Assembly: GCA_951406725.2 (NCBI GenBank)
Contig: OX597822.1
Coordinates: 23,126,001-23,190,000, forward strand
DNA: 64,000 nucleotides
Direction of reading: 5' to 3'
From: Octopus vulgaris
Taxonomy: Eukaryota
Shown here: positions 26,950 to 38,713 of the stretch, one piece after another
Layout of the letters: each line of letters starts with the position of its first letter
Position numbering within the stretch: the first letter of the stretch is position 1
Notes under the pieces: generated by a model
Databases searched by the model: none
What the model saw: only the letters and a program-made list of their open reading frames with translations
What the model was told of the DNA's origin: nothing
Position numbers and translations under genes: made by a program

Positions 26950-27284
26950 CTAACAGTATCGCCCAGCGTTGCTCGGGTTTGTTTTGACCCTTTAAATGTG
27001 AACATTTTTCTGGTTCACCGAAAATACACCGAAAAATGGTGACACAGCAGTCAAAAAATCATAAAAAATAGGGATTTTCATAGCCAAATGCACCTTTTTG
27101 ATGTAAATTATTTTTGGTCTTAACATGGTCTGATTTGAATTTTTTCTTCTACGGAAGGAAGAACAAGCCTTCTTCTATCATACTCTCAATTTTGGTCAAC
27201 TTGCGTCCCAGGGTCTCGGAGGAGACAGTGTTAGTTGAAGGCTACCAAACCTGCCACACACAGACAACTTCAGCTTTATAAAGA
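26950..27284 (-). mobile_element. Non-autonomous Helitron H2 (internally deleted)
   Basis: Homologous to 24350-24745; 5' A|TC, 3' terminus mutated to TTAG|T, hairpin CCCGAGCAACGCTGGG retained. Confidence 0.8.
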
Positions 27285-27511
27285 TTTGTAGATAACATTA
27301 GTTATTACCTATATGTTAAGGGCACCAAAAAGTAATGGTGCATTTTCAAGCAAATAAAAGGGGTTCTTGCAATCAATCAATTAGAGTTAAAGACCAAACA
27401 CAGTGTGTATGTATATGCTGCATGTGATAGTTCATGGAAGACAAGGAATTTAGTGAGCTGCATATTCGGCATTGCTTGCTTTATGAATTCCATAAGGGCA
27501 CAAATGCAACA

Positions 27512-27785
27512 TCCTCATCATCATTTAACGTCCGCTTTCCATGCTAGCATGGGTTGAACAATTTTGACTGAGGGCTGGCGAACCAGATGGCTGCACCAGG
27601 CTCCAATCTTGATCTGGCAGAGTTTCTACAGCTGGAAGCCCTTCCTAATGCCAACCACTCCGAGAGTGTAGTGGGTGCTTTTTACGTGCCACCAGCACAG
27701 GTGCCAGTAAGGCGACACTAGTAACGATCATGCTCAAATGGTGCCTTTTATGTGCCACTGGCATGGAAGCTGGTTAGCTGCTCTG
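27512..27785 (-). mobile_element. SINE family D inserted in the mariner relic
   Basis: CATCATTTAACGTCCGCTTTCCATGCTAGCATGGG...; a second shorter copy lies at about 27845-27970. Confidence 0.8.
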
Positions 27786-28515
27786 TCAGAGATAACATGT
27801 ACTGCACATCCTGATGGTGTGAGTGTTCAGAACAGCCAATGATTCATCCTCATCATTTAACGTCCGTTTTCCATGCTGGCATGGGTTGAATGCTTTGACA
27901 GGAGCTGGCCAGCTGAAGGGTTGCCCAGGCTCCCTGTCTGTTTTGACATGGTGCCCACAGCTGAATGCCCTTAAAACAGTGGTTTTGATCTTTTGAATGG
28001 ATATCAATCAAGACCAAATGTTCTCAATAATGACATAGTGAAAACAGCAACTGAAGTGGATTGGCATCAAAATATCCGAGGCTTATCCTGGAGGCTTAAT
28101 AAACCTTGGTCCACTGTGCAAGATAATCTCAGGCAGATTGGTAAAGTGCAAGGAAATAGGTACTTTATGAACTGTCCCCTGAGAATAAAGCAGAGCATTT
28201 AACAAGATAACCCAAGAAAGGATATATTCATTAAGCTAGGGAGCTCTACCTCATCCTCCCTACTCAGTAGACCTAGCACCATCAGATTTTCAAATACTCA
28301 GAGCTTGAATACTTGTCCAGTAGAAAAACATTCAAGAAAACCGCCCCTCCACCCAAAAAAACCCATAAAAACAATGTCAAAACAGAACTAAGAACCCCAA
28401 ACATTTTTCTCTTCAAAAGAGCCTGTTTTATTTATTTATTTATTTAAATTTTTGCTGAAAGAATCAGACAACAGGTTCCTAGGTGGGAAATGTCACTGCT
28501 AACAATGGTGATTAT

Positions 28516-28753
28516 TTACACTATTTACATTTGATGGATATTTGTCCTCATCTTGTTTGTTGTTAACACGTTTCGGCCGATATACCCTCCAGCCTTCATC
28601 AGGTGTGCGTGGGGAAATCTCGAACCTGATGAAGGCTGGAGGGTATATCAGTCGAAACGGTGTGTTAACAACAAACAAGATGAGGACAAATATCCGTCAA
28701 ATATCAATAATGTAAATGATGTAATAATTCCACATCTCTTAAATATAGAACTG
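28516..28753. mobile_element. Palindromic Penelope-like (pLTR) fragment with hammerhead motifs on both strands
   Basis: 12-bp TSD AATGGTGATTAT (28504-28515, 28754-28765); inverted arms about 28529-28604 and 28624-28702; each arm has CTGATGA-AGGCTG..C(A/G)G(T/C)C-GAAAC. Confidence 0.75.
28622..28666 (+). ncRNA. Minimal type I hammerhead ribozyme motif (degenerate)
   Basis: CTGATGA (28626-28632), stem II GGCTG/CAGTC, GAAAC (28654-28658), GGT, GTGTT; cleavage triplet and stem I are imperfect. Confidence 0.55.
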
Positions 28754-28849
28754 AATGGTGATTATATTTTCAATGAATATATATATATATATATATATCC
28801 CTCTCTCTCTTTCGGAGAGGCACTGAGCACCTACACGCACATATACACA

Positions 28850-29005
28850 CACGGCAGTAACTTCCGCCTACCGAATTCAATCACAAAGATTCAGTCGACT
28901 CGGGCCTATAGCGGAAGACACCTGCCCAAAGTGCCACGCAGTGGGACTGAACCCAAAACTATGTAGCTAGGAAGCAAGCTCCCTAACCACACAGCCATGC
29001 CCGCG
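28850..29005 (-). mobile_element. SINE family B, 5' half
   Basis: GAAGACACCTGCCCAAAGTGCCACGCAGTGGGACTGAACCC...ACCACACAGCCATGCC. Confidence 0.75.
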
Positions 29006-29191
29006 ACACACCCACACACGATTTATTAGACTGCATCTTGTGATGTAAATATAAATGTGTGTGTGTGTGTGTGTGTGTGTGTGAGTGTGTATATATATAT
29101 TTCCTTCCGATCATTCAAAATGTGACCGCGTGTGTACCATTGGCGATTTTTTTACTCCATCTTCTCTTCTTTGGATCTTTCCTTTTCCTAT

Positions 29192-29226
29192 GTTTCTGAC
29201 GAAGAGCTCCACTCGAAACATTAAAC
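29192..29226 (+). ncRNA. Minimal type I hammerhead ribozyme motif within a ~200-bp Penelope-like fragment (about 29100-29310)
   Basis: GTTT-CTGACGA-A-GAGC TCC ACTC-GAAAC-ATT-AAAC: stem I GTTT/AAAC, stem II GAG/CTC. Two G>A (CpG-type) changes would restore GCTC and palindromic ACGT. Confidence 0.65.
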
Positions 29227-29782
29227 CCTCCTTCTTTCCTGAGTGTCCAATAATACTATACTTGTTCCACGTCCTCGTGTTGTTGTGTTTTCTCTTTGTG
29301 TTTTCATCTTCTAGTGCATGGTATAATTATGTTAATCATAGTGTCACTGTTCACAATCTTTACACTTTTGCACTTTTCTGGGATCACAATTTAAGAGTCA
29401 GTGCCCAAAGAATCAGAAAACTGGCTCCGTGGAAAATGTCACTGCTTAAATGAATATATATACATACACACACATAATTTATTAGACTGCATCTTGTGCT
29501 GCAGTCAAATAAATTATGTTAATTATACAGTGTCACTCCGTTCACAATCTTTATACTTTTCTAGGATCACAATTTAAGAGTCAGTGCTAAAAGACAAATG
29601 ATTGGCCCACCATCCTTTAAATTAGCACCTTACTTTCTTGGCCAATTACCAGTTTCTTTTGTTCCAAACTGATCATAAAAAAAAGAAAGGGGGAAAGAAA
29701 AAAAAGAAGAAACACCTAGCATGAATATCCTATAAAATCAATGGTTGTTTGTTAATGAATGAATGGAGATAACGCCAATTAC

Positions 29783-29856
29783 CTCTAGATCCAGTGGCCA
29801 TGTCAGCAACTTTCTGAAACGTATCCAAAAATGCACTGATTGCTATTTGTGTGGTT
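29783..29856 (-). CDS. MTSS1: Internal coding exon of an MTSS1/MIM (missing-in-metastasis, IMD/I-BAR domain) homolog
   Basis: Minus strand reads tttttctcttccag|A ACC ACA CAA ... GGA TCT AGA G|gtaatt: 74 bp, phase-2 acceptor, phase-1 donor. Peptide TTQIAISAFLDTFQKVADMATGSRG matches recalled human MTSS1 TTVVAAAAFLDAFQKVADMATNTRG at 18/25 positions. One exon cannot separate MTSS1 from MTSS2 orthology. Confidence 0.93.
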
Positions 29857-31120
29857 CTGGAAGAGAAAAAGAAAAAATTAAGAAAAATTAGATTTATGAG
29901 AAAAATAACACAAAAAACAAATGTGAAACATTTTATCCATATTATTTTAATTAGTTTTTGTTTTGGTGGCGGGTTGGAGTTGTCTGTTTCTGTTTTTGGA
30001 AAACTAGAAACAAAGAAAAACTTTTTCAAAGAATATTCTCAAAAATACATTTATTTGTGGTATAAAGTCATCATGAACATTGTGTGTGTGTGAAAGTGGA
30101 AACGTGTGTGTGTGAGTGTAAATGTGTGTGTGTGTAAGCATAAACTTGTGTGTGAGAGAGTTTATATATGTATGTATTTATATCATCATCATTTAACATC
30201 CATTTCCATGCTGGCACGCATTGGATGGTTTAACTGAAGCTGGTAAGCCAGAGAGTTGCATCAGCCCTCAGTCATTTGTTTTGGCCTGGTTTCTATGGCT
30301 GGATGCCCTTTCTAATGCCAACCACTTTACAGAAGTGGACTGGGTGCCTTTTACATGTCACTGGCACTGACCACGACCATGATTTCACTTGGCTTGAAGT
30401 CTCTTCTCAAGTACAGCAAATCGCTAGAAGACTTGGTCACTTGTCATCACCTCTGTAAGACTCAACATCCGAAAATCACATTTCACCACCTCATCCCAGT
30501 CCTATGTCTTCCCAGGTTCCCTATACAGGTATGTAAATAGATAGATAGATAAATAAAGAAATGATTCATAAGATAAAGATAGATAGATAGATAAATAATG
30601 TCATATGAAAGATTCGAGAATTTTGGTATTAATTACATATACTCTTTCTAGTTTAGGCAGAAAGCTAACAATTTTGAGAGGAGGGGTAACCAATTACATC
30701 AAACCCAGTATTTGACTGGCACTTTATTTTGCCAACCTTAAAAGATGAAAGGCAAAGTTGACTCTTGCAGAATTTGAACCCCAAACATAAAGACCTAGAA
30801 GAAATACTGAAAAAGGATGTTAAATGAGGATGATTTTACTCTAATGATTTCTGTTAGTTCATTAAAAAATTCTGTTTCACTCTATTAGGATTTTCATTTA
30901 AGCCTTTTAATACCAACCTACCTAAGGCTGCCCCTGGTTCTTCCAAGCAAACTTCCTGTTTTATAGTGATTCAAATTAAAACTTTCTGTCAACATTTAAA
31001 GTTCATTTATGTTTCAAACACTAACTTAATAAGGACTAAGTTATTTTACTAAATTAATTGAAACAAAGGCAGTGTATTTCAGCAGAAATATGGTAAAGAA
31101 AGGGGTTAAGCCAAGAAGAT

Positions 31121-31349
31121 TTAACCCTTTTGATACCAACATGCTTGAGTCCCCCCTTGGTTTTCTGATACAAATTTCCTGTTTTAAATTGAGCTAAATT
31201 AAAACTTTCCATCGACATTTCATATTAATTTGTTCTAAATATCAGCTTAATAATGGCAAAATTATTTTAATAAATTCTTCATTATTTTCAAAATTAATCG
31301 AAACAAAAGGCAGTGTATTCCAGCAGAAATATGGTTACAAAAGGGTTAT
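31121..31349. mobile_element. TTAA MITE family F (older subfamily), in tandem with a copy at about 30898-31109
   Basis: TTAACCCTTTTGATACC...GGTTACAAAAGGGTTA. Confidence 0.75.
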
Positions 31350-34129
31350 AACCCACATTTAGTGGAAGAATCATGTCTGGCAGTTAAAAATATTGTGATC
31401 TCAAACACACATTTATTCTCTCACCATTTCTAAGTACCCTCTGAATCTATGTCTTTACTTGTTAGACATTCATTTCCTCTTACATTGTAGCAATACTGCA
31501 CTAACAGTACATTATTATTATTATTATTATTATTATTCATCGTTTAACATTCGCTTTCCATGCCAGCATGGGTTGGACGATTTGACTGAGGTCTAGCGAA
31601 CCAGATGGCTGCACCAGACTCCAATCTGATCTGGCAGAGTTTCTACAGCCGGATGCCTTTCCTAACATCAACCACACCCAGAGTGTAGTTATTATTATTA
31701 TTATTATTAAGGTGGCAAGCTGGCAGAATCATTAACATGCTAGGCAAAATGCTTAGCAACATTTTGTCTGTTGCTACATTCTGAGTTCAAATTCCACCAA
31801 GGTCAACTTTGCGTTTCATCCTTTCGAGGTCAGTAAAATAAGTACCAGTTGAACACAAGGGTCAATGTAATGAACACCCCCCACCTCCCCCATGCTGCCC
31901 TTGTGGCAAAAATTTGAAATAATAACAACAATAATAATATTATTATTATTAGTAGTAGAAGTTGTGGCAGGGGTGGGAGCAAATATAAGACCATCTCACC
32001 GTAAATTCAAAGTGAAACGAGTTTACCTTGAATATCAGTAATTTATTTATCATTACTGATATTACTGCTGTATAGCTAGCTATTCCTCTAGAGGAAAAGA
32101 TGGTAAATAGCCAGAGTTGTTAGAGCATCGGCTACAACGTCTTTCTGCATTTGTTCTGTCTCACTGAGCATCCTGGGTTCAAATCTCACTGAAGTCACTT
32201 TGCATTACAGGTTTTCTCTCTCTCTTTTTTTAAGGAGTGAGTCCAGATCAATAGAGACACAAAATTATCAAAGAATCAGATGAAACCTCGTGTAGTATGC
32301 TCCAGCTCTTTAGGGTTCCCAAGTCAAATTCCACATGAGGGATTCAACTTCTACTGATGGCCAGGGGTTAATATTCTGATCATGGGTCTGTCACTAATTA
32401 TTAAAAGGTAGAAGAGGACTGTCACCTTCTGCCATGAAGATGATGACAGTAGAGAAAAATCTAAGTAGTAAAGAGGATACAAACAGCTGTAACCACTTGA
32501 GTGGTTACCACAAAGGACTCATATGGGGTGTAGGTCAAAATCTCTTTTTTTTTTTTTGGTTCATTTACCATAAGCATGGGTGTCATGCTTTTTGTTATTG
32601 TTGTGGTTGTTAGTATGAAGGGCTTAGCCTACTCTGTTGGCTAAATAATAGAAGCTACTCGGTCATTTGGTGATGACCTACAAAACTTTATATGAATGTC
32701 ACACTTTGATATTTAAAAAAACAAAAATACCAACACTAAACATTACACACAAACTACAGTAGGGTACCAGCTAAATGTGAGCCAGTAAGGGAACCTCCAC
32801 ATGGTTGCTTGAATAGCTAGAAATAGCCCATAACAGAGTTATAGAACAATGACTGAAACCAGTAGATGAATAATAAAAGAATAACATTTCTGTCTCCTGT
32901 TGATCATGGCTGTGTGGTTAAGAAGCTTGTTTTGCAACCACATGGTTTCAGGTTCAGTCCCACTACATGGAATCTTTGGTAAATCTAGCCAAAATCACAT
33001 TCTACTAACTTAATGGGATGGGGAAGAAACATTAACGCTTTCATTACAGAATTTCTGTTAAAATACTGTCTATGTTTTCATTAATTTTGGTAATGAAGAA
33101 TTTAGTAAAATAGATTTATCATTATTAAACTGGAATTTAGAATATATTCATGGGCAGTCTTGTGCAGTTTGGTATCAAATGGGTTAAATAAAAGGGCCCT
33201 AGGTTTCCCTGCATATGGGAAAAAGACTGAATGATCATGGTTGGAATTCCTTCAAAGATAGGTTTACGTGATTAAGGTTGGCCTGGGGCTAAAAAAACAA
33301 CTGCAGCAGCAAGCATGTAGAGATGATAATAAGCCTAAATATCAAAAGACCACTTAGACATGCAAGGAGCAGAGGTCACGCTTTCTCCAAACTCACTTGA
33401 CCTCTTTTAATTACATATCTAAACAGTCATGAACATTTAGACACATGACCTAACATCAAGTAACAATAGAAGACCATGTAGTTGCTCAAATAGCTAGAAA
33501 TAGCAGCCAAGTCTCCCTCAAACCACATTAGATTCTTGAAAAGAGACATAGTTAATAATGTAGTTTAAAGTTTATACAAATTAAATAAAAGAGTGAAAGG
33601 AAAAGAGAGAAGCAATAGCTGAATTGTTTTTTGAGGATAGATTTGCTGAATCAGGACTGACCCGGAACTGGACATTAACAGCAATAACTAAATGGTTAAC
33701 TGAAGCTGGAGCGAATTACTGCTATATCTGGCGGACAAGTGTCCACCATTGAGGAAGAGCACACATAGCTCAAAACTGGTGGTCCTGTCGTCTGCTAGAA
33801 GATGGTAGAGGTTCGCTCCCCTGCTTGCAAGGTACAGATTGCATTGATAACCAGCTGGAGGAGGCTCCTCCTTGGGGCTAAAAATGGTAGTAAGGTCGGT
33901 TCCTATGGAACAGCCATATTAAAGTAACAATAAACATTACTTCTCAATAAAAAATCTACCATTATTTTAGTTTAAAATATCCAAACAAAATATGAAGTTC
34001 AATGTAATTGACTAAAAGAAACGCTATAAAGACGGTAACCGCACCTCCCGACCCTTAACGTAGCTGCAGTCCTGTGACTGAGACCAGCAGAATAATAATA
34101 AAAGAATAACATTTCTGTCTTCTGTTGGG

Positions 34130-34545
34130 TGTGGCCGTGTGGTTAAGAAGCTCGCTTTGCACGCGAGTGGTTTTGGGTTCAATCCCATTGTGAGGCACCC
34201 TGGGGAAATTATCTTTTACTATAGCTCCAGGCCAACCAATGTTTTGTGAATGAATTTGGAGTAGATGGAAACTGTATAGAAGCTCATCGCGCATGCGTGT
34301 GTGTGTGTGTGTGAACGCATGTCTTTGTGTTTATCTCCCACCACTGCCTGACAACTGATGTGGATTTGTTGATGTCCCTGCAAATTAGTAATTCAGAAAA
34401 AAAAAAAAGAAAAAAAAAAAGAAAACCCCAACAGAATAAGTATCAGGCTAAAAATAAATCCTGGGGTCAATTTGTTTAACTAAGCCCTTCAGGGCAGTGC
34501 TTCAGCATGGCTGCAGTCCAATGACTGAAACAAGCAAAAGATAAG
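34130..34545 (+). mobile_element. SINE family B (diverged)
   Basis: Head GTGGCCGTGTGGTTAAG..GGTTCAATCCC, internal (GT)n, tail GACTGAAACAAGCAAAAG. Confidence 0.75.
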
Positions 34546-34570
34546 AGGGTAACAGAGGAATTAGTTAATT

Positions 34571-34990
34571 GGATCTTTTCGGTTTGAACAGCAGTTTTTT
34601 CTAGCGGCGTCATATGAAATTGTCACCCATAATTATGACCCTAGTATAGATCTATTGCATTTCAATCTGTTTTAGGGTTAGGGTTAGTTAGGGGTGGGGG
34701 GAAGGGAATCTTTTTTTCTTCACAAATGTAAATAAACCCAATCTGTTTCTTAAATGAGGGACATATTCATATGGCACAGAATGTTTTCACCTCAATAGAC
34801 AGTCATTGATTGGTTGAAATTGCAGAAATTGAAGAAAAAACAACAAATATCTTGCAAACTATAGAATTTTCTCAATAAAGCCAAGAGAAAAAGATGTTTT
34901 ATAAACACATTCTACCAGTATACGAAGTTTAAAATATTTTTAGTTACCTAGAAATTATGTCAAAAACTGCCGTTCAAACCGAAAAGATCC
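34571..34990. mobile_element. Non-autonomous DNA transposon, Merlin-like (GG termini, 8-bp TSD)
   Basis: 29-bp TIRs GGATCTTTTCGGTTTGAACAGCAGTTTTT / AAAAACTGCCGTTCAAACCGAAAAGATCC (1 mismatch); TSD AGTTAATT at 34563-34570 and 34991-34998. Confidence 0.85.
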
Positions 34991-35249
34991 AGTTAATTTA
35001 CTAAATCCAAGCTGTTGACCCATTGCCCCAAATACCACAAGGCATTAAGAAATTCAATAAATAACAGTAAAACACTTTTATTCTTTCTATTTTTGCTGAC
35101 TGTCACTCCAATTTGAGCCAGCATTCATGTGAATATACTGGAAGAACAAACTTCATAGCTGTTCTATGTGAGGAATGCACAGCGTAGGTGGAACTCTAAG
35201 TAGTCTAAAATACATGCACTAATTAATTTGCTTTTGGCTGATGTCCTGG

Positions 35250-35965
35250 CTCTCTGTTGGTTATGACAATGAGGGCACCAGCTGATTCGATCAACCGAAC
35301 AGTCTGCTCATGAGGTTAATGCGCAGGTGACTGAGCACTTCACAGACAGACATACCTATTTCTTTACTACCCGTTAAACACAGAGAGGACAAAACAAGGA
35401 CAGACAAACGGATTAAGTCGATTACATCAACCCCAGTGCGTAACTGGTACTTAATTTATCGACCCCAAAAGGATGAGAGGCAAAGTCAACCTTGGCGGAA
35501 TTTGAACTCACAACGTAGCGGCAAACGAAATACATATTTCTTTACTACCCACAAGGGGCTAAACACAGAGAGGACAAACAAGGTCAGACAAATGGATTAA
35601 GTCGATTATATCGACCCCAGTGCGTAACTGGTACTTAATTTATCAACCCCAAAAGGATGAAAGGCAAAGTCGACGACCTCGGCGGAATTTGAACTCAGAA
35701 CGTAACTGCAGACGAAATACTGCTTAGCATTTCGCCCGGCGCACTAACGTTTCTGCCAGCTTGCCGCCTTAGCACCTCACAGTCATACATACCCTTAATA
35801 TAGTTCTCAAAGAGATTCAGCATGACACACTGAATGGCACACTGAACTACAGGTACAACTCATTTTTGCTAGCTGACTAGACTGGAGCAAGGACACAATG
35901 CTCTGAGAGGAATCGAACTCACAACCTTACCATCGTGAGCTGAATACACTAATCACTGAGCCAAA
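35250..35965 (-). mobile_element. SINE head J + tail X, interrupted by a SINE-A dimer (about 35350-35770)
   Basis: Head TGGCTCAGTGATTAG..GAGTTCGATTCC..TTGTGTCCTTG; tail shared with 38895-39010; two family-A units inside. Confidence 0.75.
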
Positions 35966-36174
35966 TGGTTGATAACACTTCAAACAATTATGGCAGCTAG
36001 AGAGATCTTTTAGAAATTTGAAGTATCAGATGAATGTGTGAATGTAATCTTACGTTAATCTCTGTGGCTTGCTTTGACATGATGGAATGGCTGTGGTGCC
36101 ATGTTTGGTAAATCACTGATCCAAACCAAGAACTACCTTCTCTTACAAAAATATTGAAAGATTTATTTTCTTAA

Positions 36175-36395
36175 CCCTTTCATTACCAACCCGGCTGAAA
36201 TTGGCTCTGGCTCTCAGTACAAAAATCTTGTTTTCAAAAGTTCTGAATTAAAATCTTCCACCAAACCTTAGTCACAATTTATGTTCCTAACACTAGCTGA
36301 ATGATAACTAAGTTATTTTACTAAATTCTTTGTTATATTTTAAAATAATTGAAAGAAACACGGAGGATCTCAAAATAAATACAGTAATGAAAGGG
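36175..36395. mobile_element. TTAA MITE family F
   Basis: TTAA-CCCTTTCATTAC...GTAATGAAAGGG-TTAA with perfect 12-bp TIRs. Confidence 0.88.
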
Positions 36396-37559
36396 TTAAA
36401 GCAAAAGAAAATCTTTGTTGGATATATTATAGAGTTTCTAGTGAAAACATAACTCAATATTAGAGGTTTAAGAAGGCAGTGAGCTGACAGTATTCTAACA
36501 GGATTGGGGGAAATGTTTAGTGTCGTCATTCCATCAATTCTGAGTTCAAATTCTACCAAGGCTGACTTTGCTTTCCATCCTTTTGGGGGTTGATAAATAA
36601 GTACCAGTTGAGCACTGGGAGGGTGGTGGTGGTGGTGATGTAATTGACTTACCCCTCTCCCCAAATTGCTGGCCTTGTGCCAAAATTTGGAACCAGTATT
36701 AGAGATTTAAGACAGAACTGTGGAGAAATTTTTACATAAAGTTCAAGAGAAAAATACTCAGTGAGACCATCTGCATGAAAAATGAACAGTCAATTTATGG
36801 CCATCATGGTGAGGAAAGCCTGACACTTATTCTATTGGTTCCTTTTGTGAAACCACTAAATTACAAAGACATAAACACACTAGGTGGCCTCTCAGGCCTT
36901 GTGCTTATAGTAGAAACAATTGTTATTACTAAGGCGGCAAGCTGGGCAAAATGCTTAGCAGCATTTCATCTGTCTCTACATTCTGAGTTTAAATTCTACT
37001 GAGTTCAACTTAGCCTTTCATCCTTTTGGGGTTGATAAATTAAGTACCAGTCAAGTACTGGGGTAGATGTTATATACCATCCCTCTCCCCTCAAATTCCA
37101 AGTCTTGTGCCTATTGTAGAAAGGATTATTATTATTATTATTATTATTATTGACATGCATCTCAGTGCCAAACCGAAAGTCAATGAAGTTAAGCTCTCTA
37201 TTTAAAATTATTAGTTGAGATGTTGATTCTTCTCTTTTTCGAAATTCCTTCTATCTGTCGTTTATGACAACTCGGTAAAAATGAATGCTAAGTGAAATGA
37301 AGCGTATGGTAACAACGGAATATGGCTTTGACACCAATGATGACTTAGCTGGAATGAATTCTTGATTTGAGCAAACACATTACGAATATTAAATCAAAAA
37401 AAGAAAAAGGAGGGAAAAGAAAGTAAAAAAGAAAGCAGTTGATGACTTAATTGCTCAAAAGTCCAGGCTGTATGTTATTAAATCTTACATGTCAAAAGAC
37501 TGAAACCTTGTCAAAAGGTGGCTTATAGAATAAATATCAATATATTCTAAATTATGTGT

Positions 37560-37846
37560 GTGAGAGAGTGTGGAGAAGATGAAGAGGAAGATGGAAGGGT
37601 AAGGGACAACAGAGAGAAGTAGATAGGAGGAAAGTGAAAGGAGATGAAAGAGGAGAATGAAATGAGATAAAGGAGGAATGGGAGAGAGAGAGGAGATACA
37701 GGAAACAGAGAAGATGGAGAAGGAAATAAGAGCAGATGGAGGTGAGAGAGAGAGAGAGAATAGAAATGATGGAGAAGGGGTGGAAGATCAGAGGGAGGAG
37801 AGGTAGTGCAGAGAATACAGAGCCCAAGAGGAATGGGAACAACAAT

Positions 37847-37920
<74 letters not shown>
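37560..37920. repeat. Purine-rich tract ending in a long (AG)n microsatellite
   Basis: Direct inspection; (AG)n at about 37850-37918. Confidence 0.9.
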
Positions 37921-38352
37921 TTACCTGATGATAATGAGATATTAATCAAACACCTGAGGAATAGTATTCTCAGTATTAGATTTTGCTAACTAATCATTTC
38001 ATTTTCTCATCTGCTGACAGCAGAGTCTGGCAGAATGTTAATTATTATGTGATAATTAATGTTGTATTCTGGTCTAGATCATCTTTGAAGTATCAGACCC
38101 ATGATCAAAAGCATTCCAGCCATGACCATCTCATCTTTTTCCAAGCTGTACATCTTGGACTACATTATCTTCAAACATGATATCTATATATGACATAGGT
38201 GCAGGTATGGCTGTGTGGTAAGCAGTTGCTTCCCAACCACATTGGTTTCAGGTTCAGTCTCAGCATGTGGCACCTTGGATGATTGTCTTTTATTATCACC
38301 TCAGGCTGACTAAAGTCTTGTGAGTGGATTGCTAGATGGAAACTGATAGAAG

Positions 38353-38390
<38 letters not shown>

Positions 38391-38403
38391 GAGGCACAAT
38401 GGC

Positions 38404-38700
38404 ACCATCCGAACGTGGCCGATGCCAGCACCGCCCCGACTGGCTTCTGTGCAGGTGGCACATAAAAAGCATCAACCGACCGTGGCCGTTGCCAGACCCC
38501 TCTAGCACCTGTGCAGGTGGCACGTAAAAAGCACCCACTACACTCGCGGAGTGGTTGGCGTTAGGAAGGGCATCCAGCTGTAGAAACACTGCCAGACCAG
38601 ACTGGAGCCTGGGGCAGCCCCTGGCTCCCCAGACCCCGGTCAAAACCGTCCAACCCGTGCTAGCGCGGAAAACGGACGTTAAACGATGATGATGATGATG
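38404..38700 (+). mobile_element. SINE family D inserted into the head of a family-I SINE
   Basis: Flanked on both sides by (AT)nGTGGAGGCACAATGGC. Confidence 0.85.
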
Positions 38701-38713
38701 ATATATATATATG

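Larger units (their letters stand above)
27312..28780 (+). pseudogene. Decayed mariner transposon interrupted by later insertions
   Basis: MEDKEFSELHIRHCLLYEFHKGTNAT from ATG 27434; SRPNVLNND...STVQDNLRQIGKV (ORF 27993..28202); LPHPPYSVDLAPSDF at 28246-28290 (mariner YSPDLAPSD motif); C-terminal NNGDY|IFNE split by an insertion; TIR-like AAAAAGTAATGGTGCATTTT. Confidence 0.88.
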
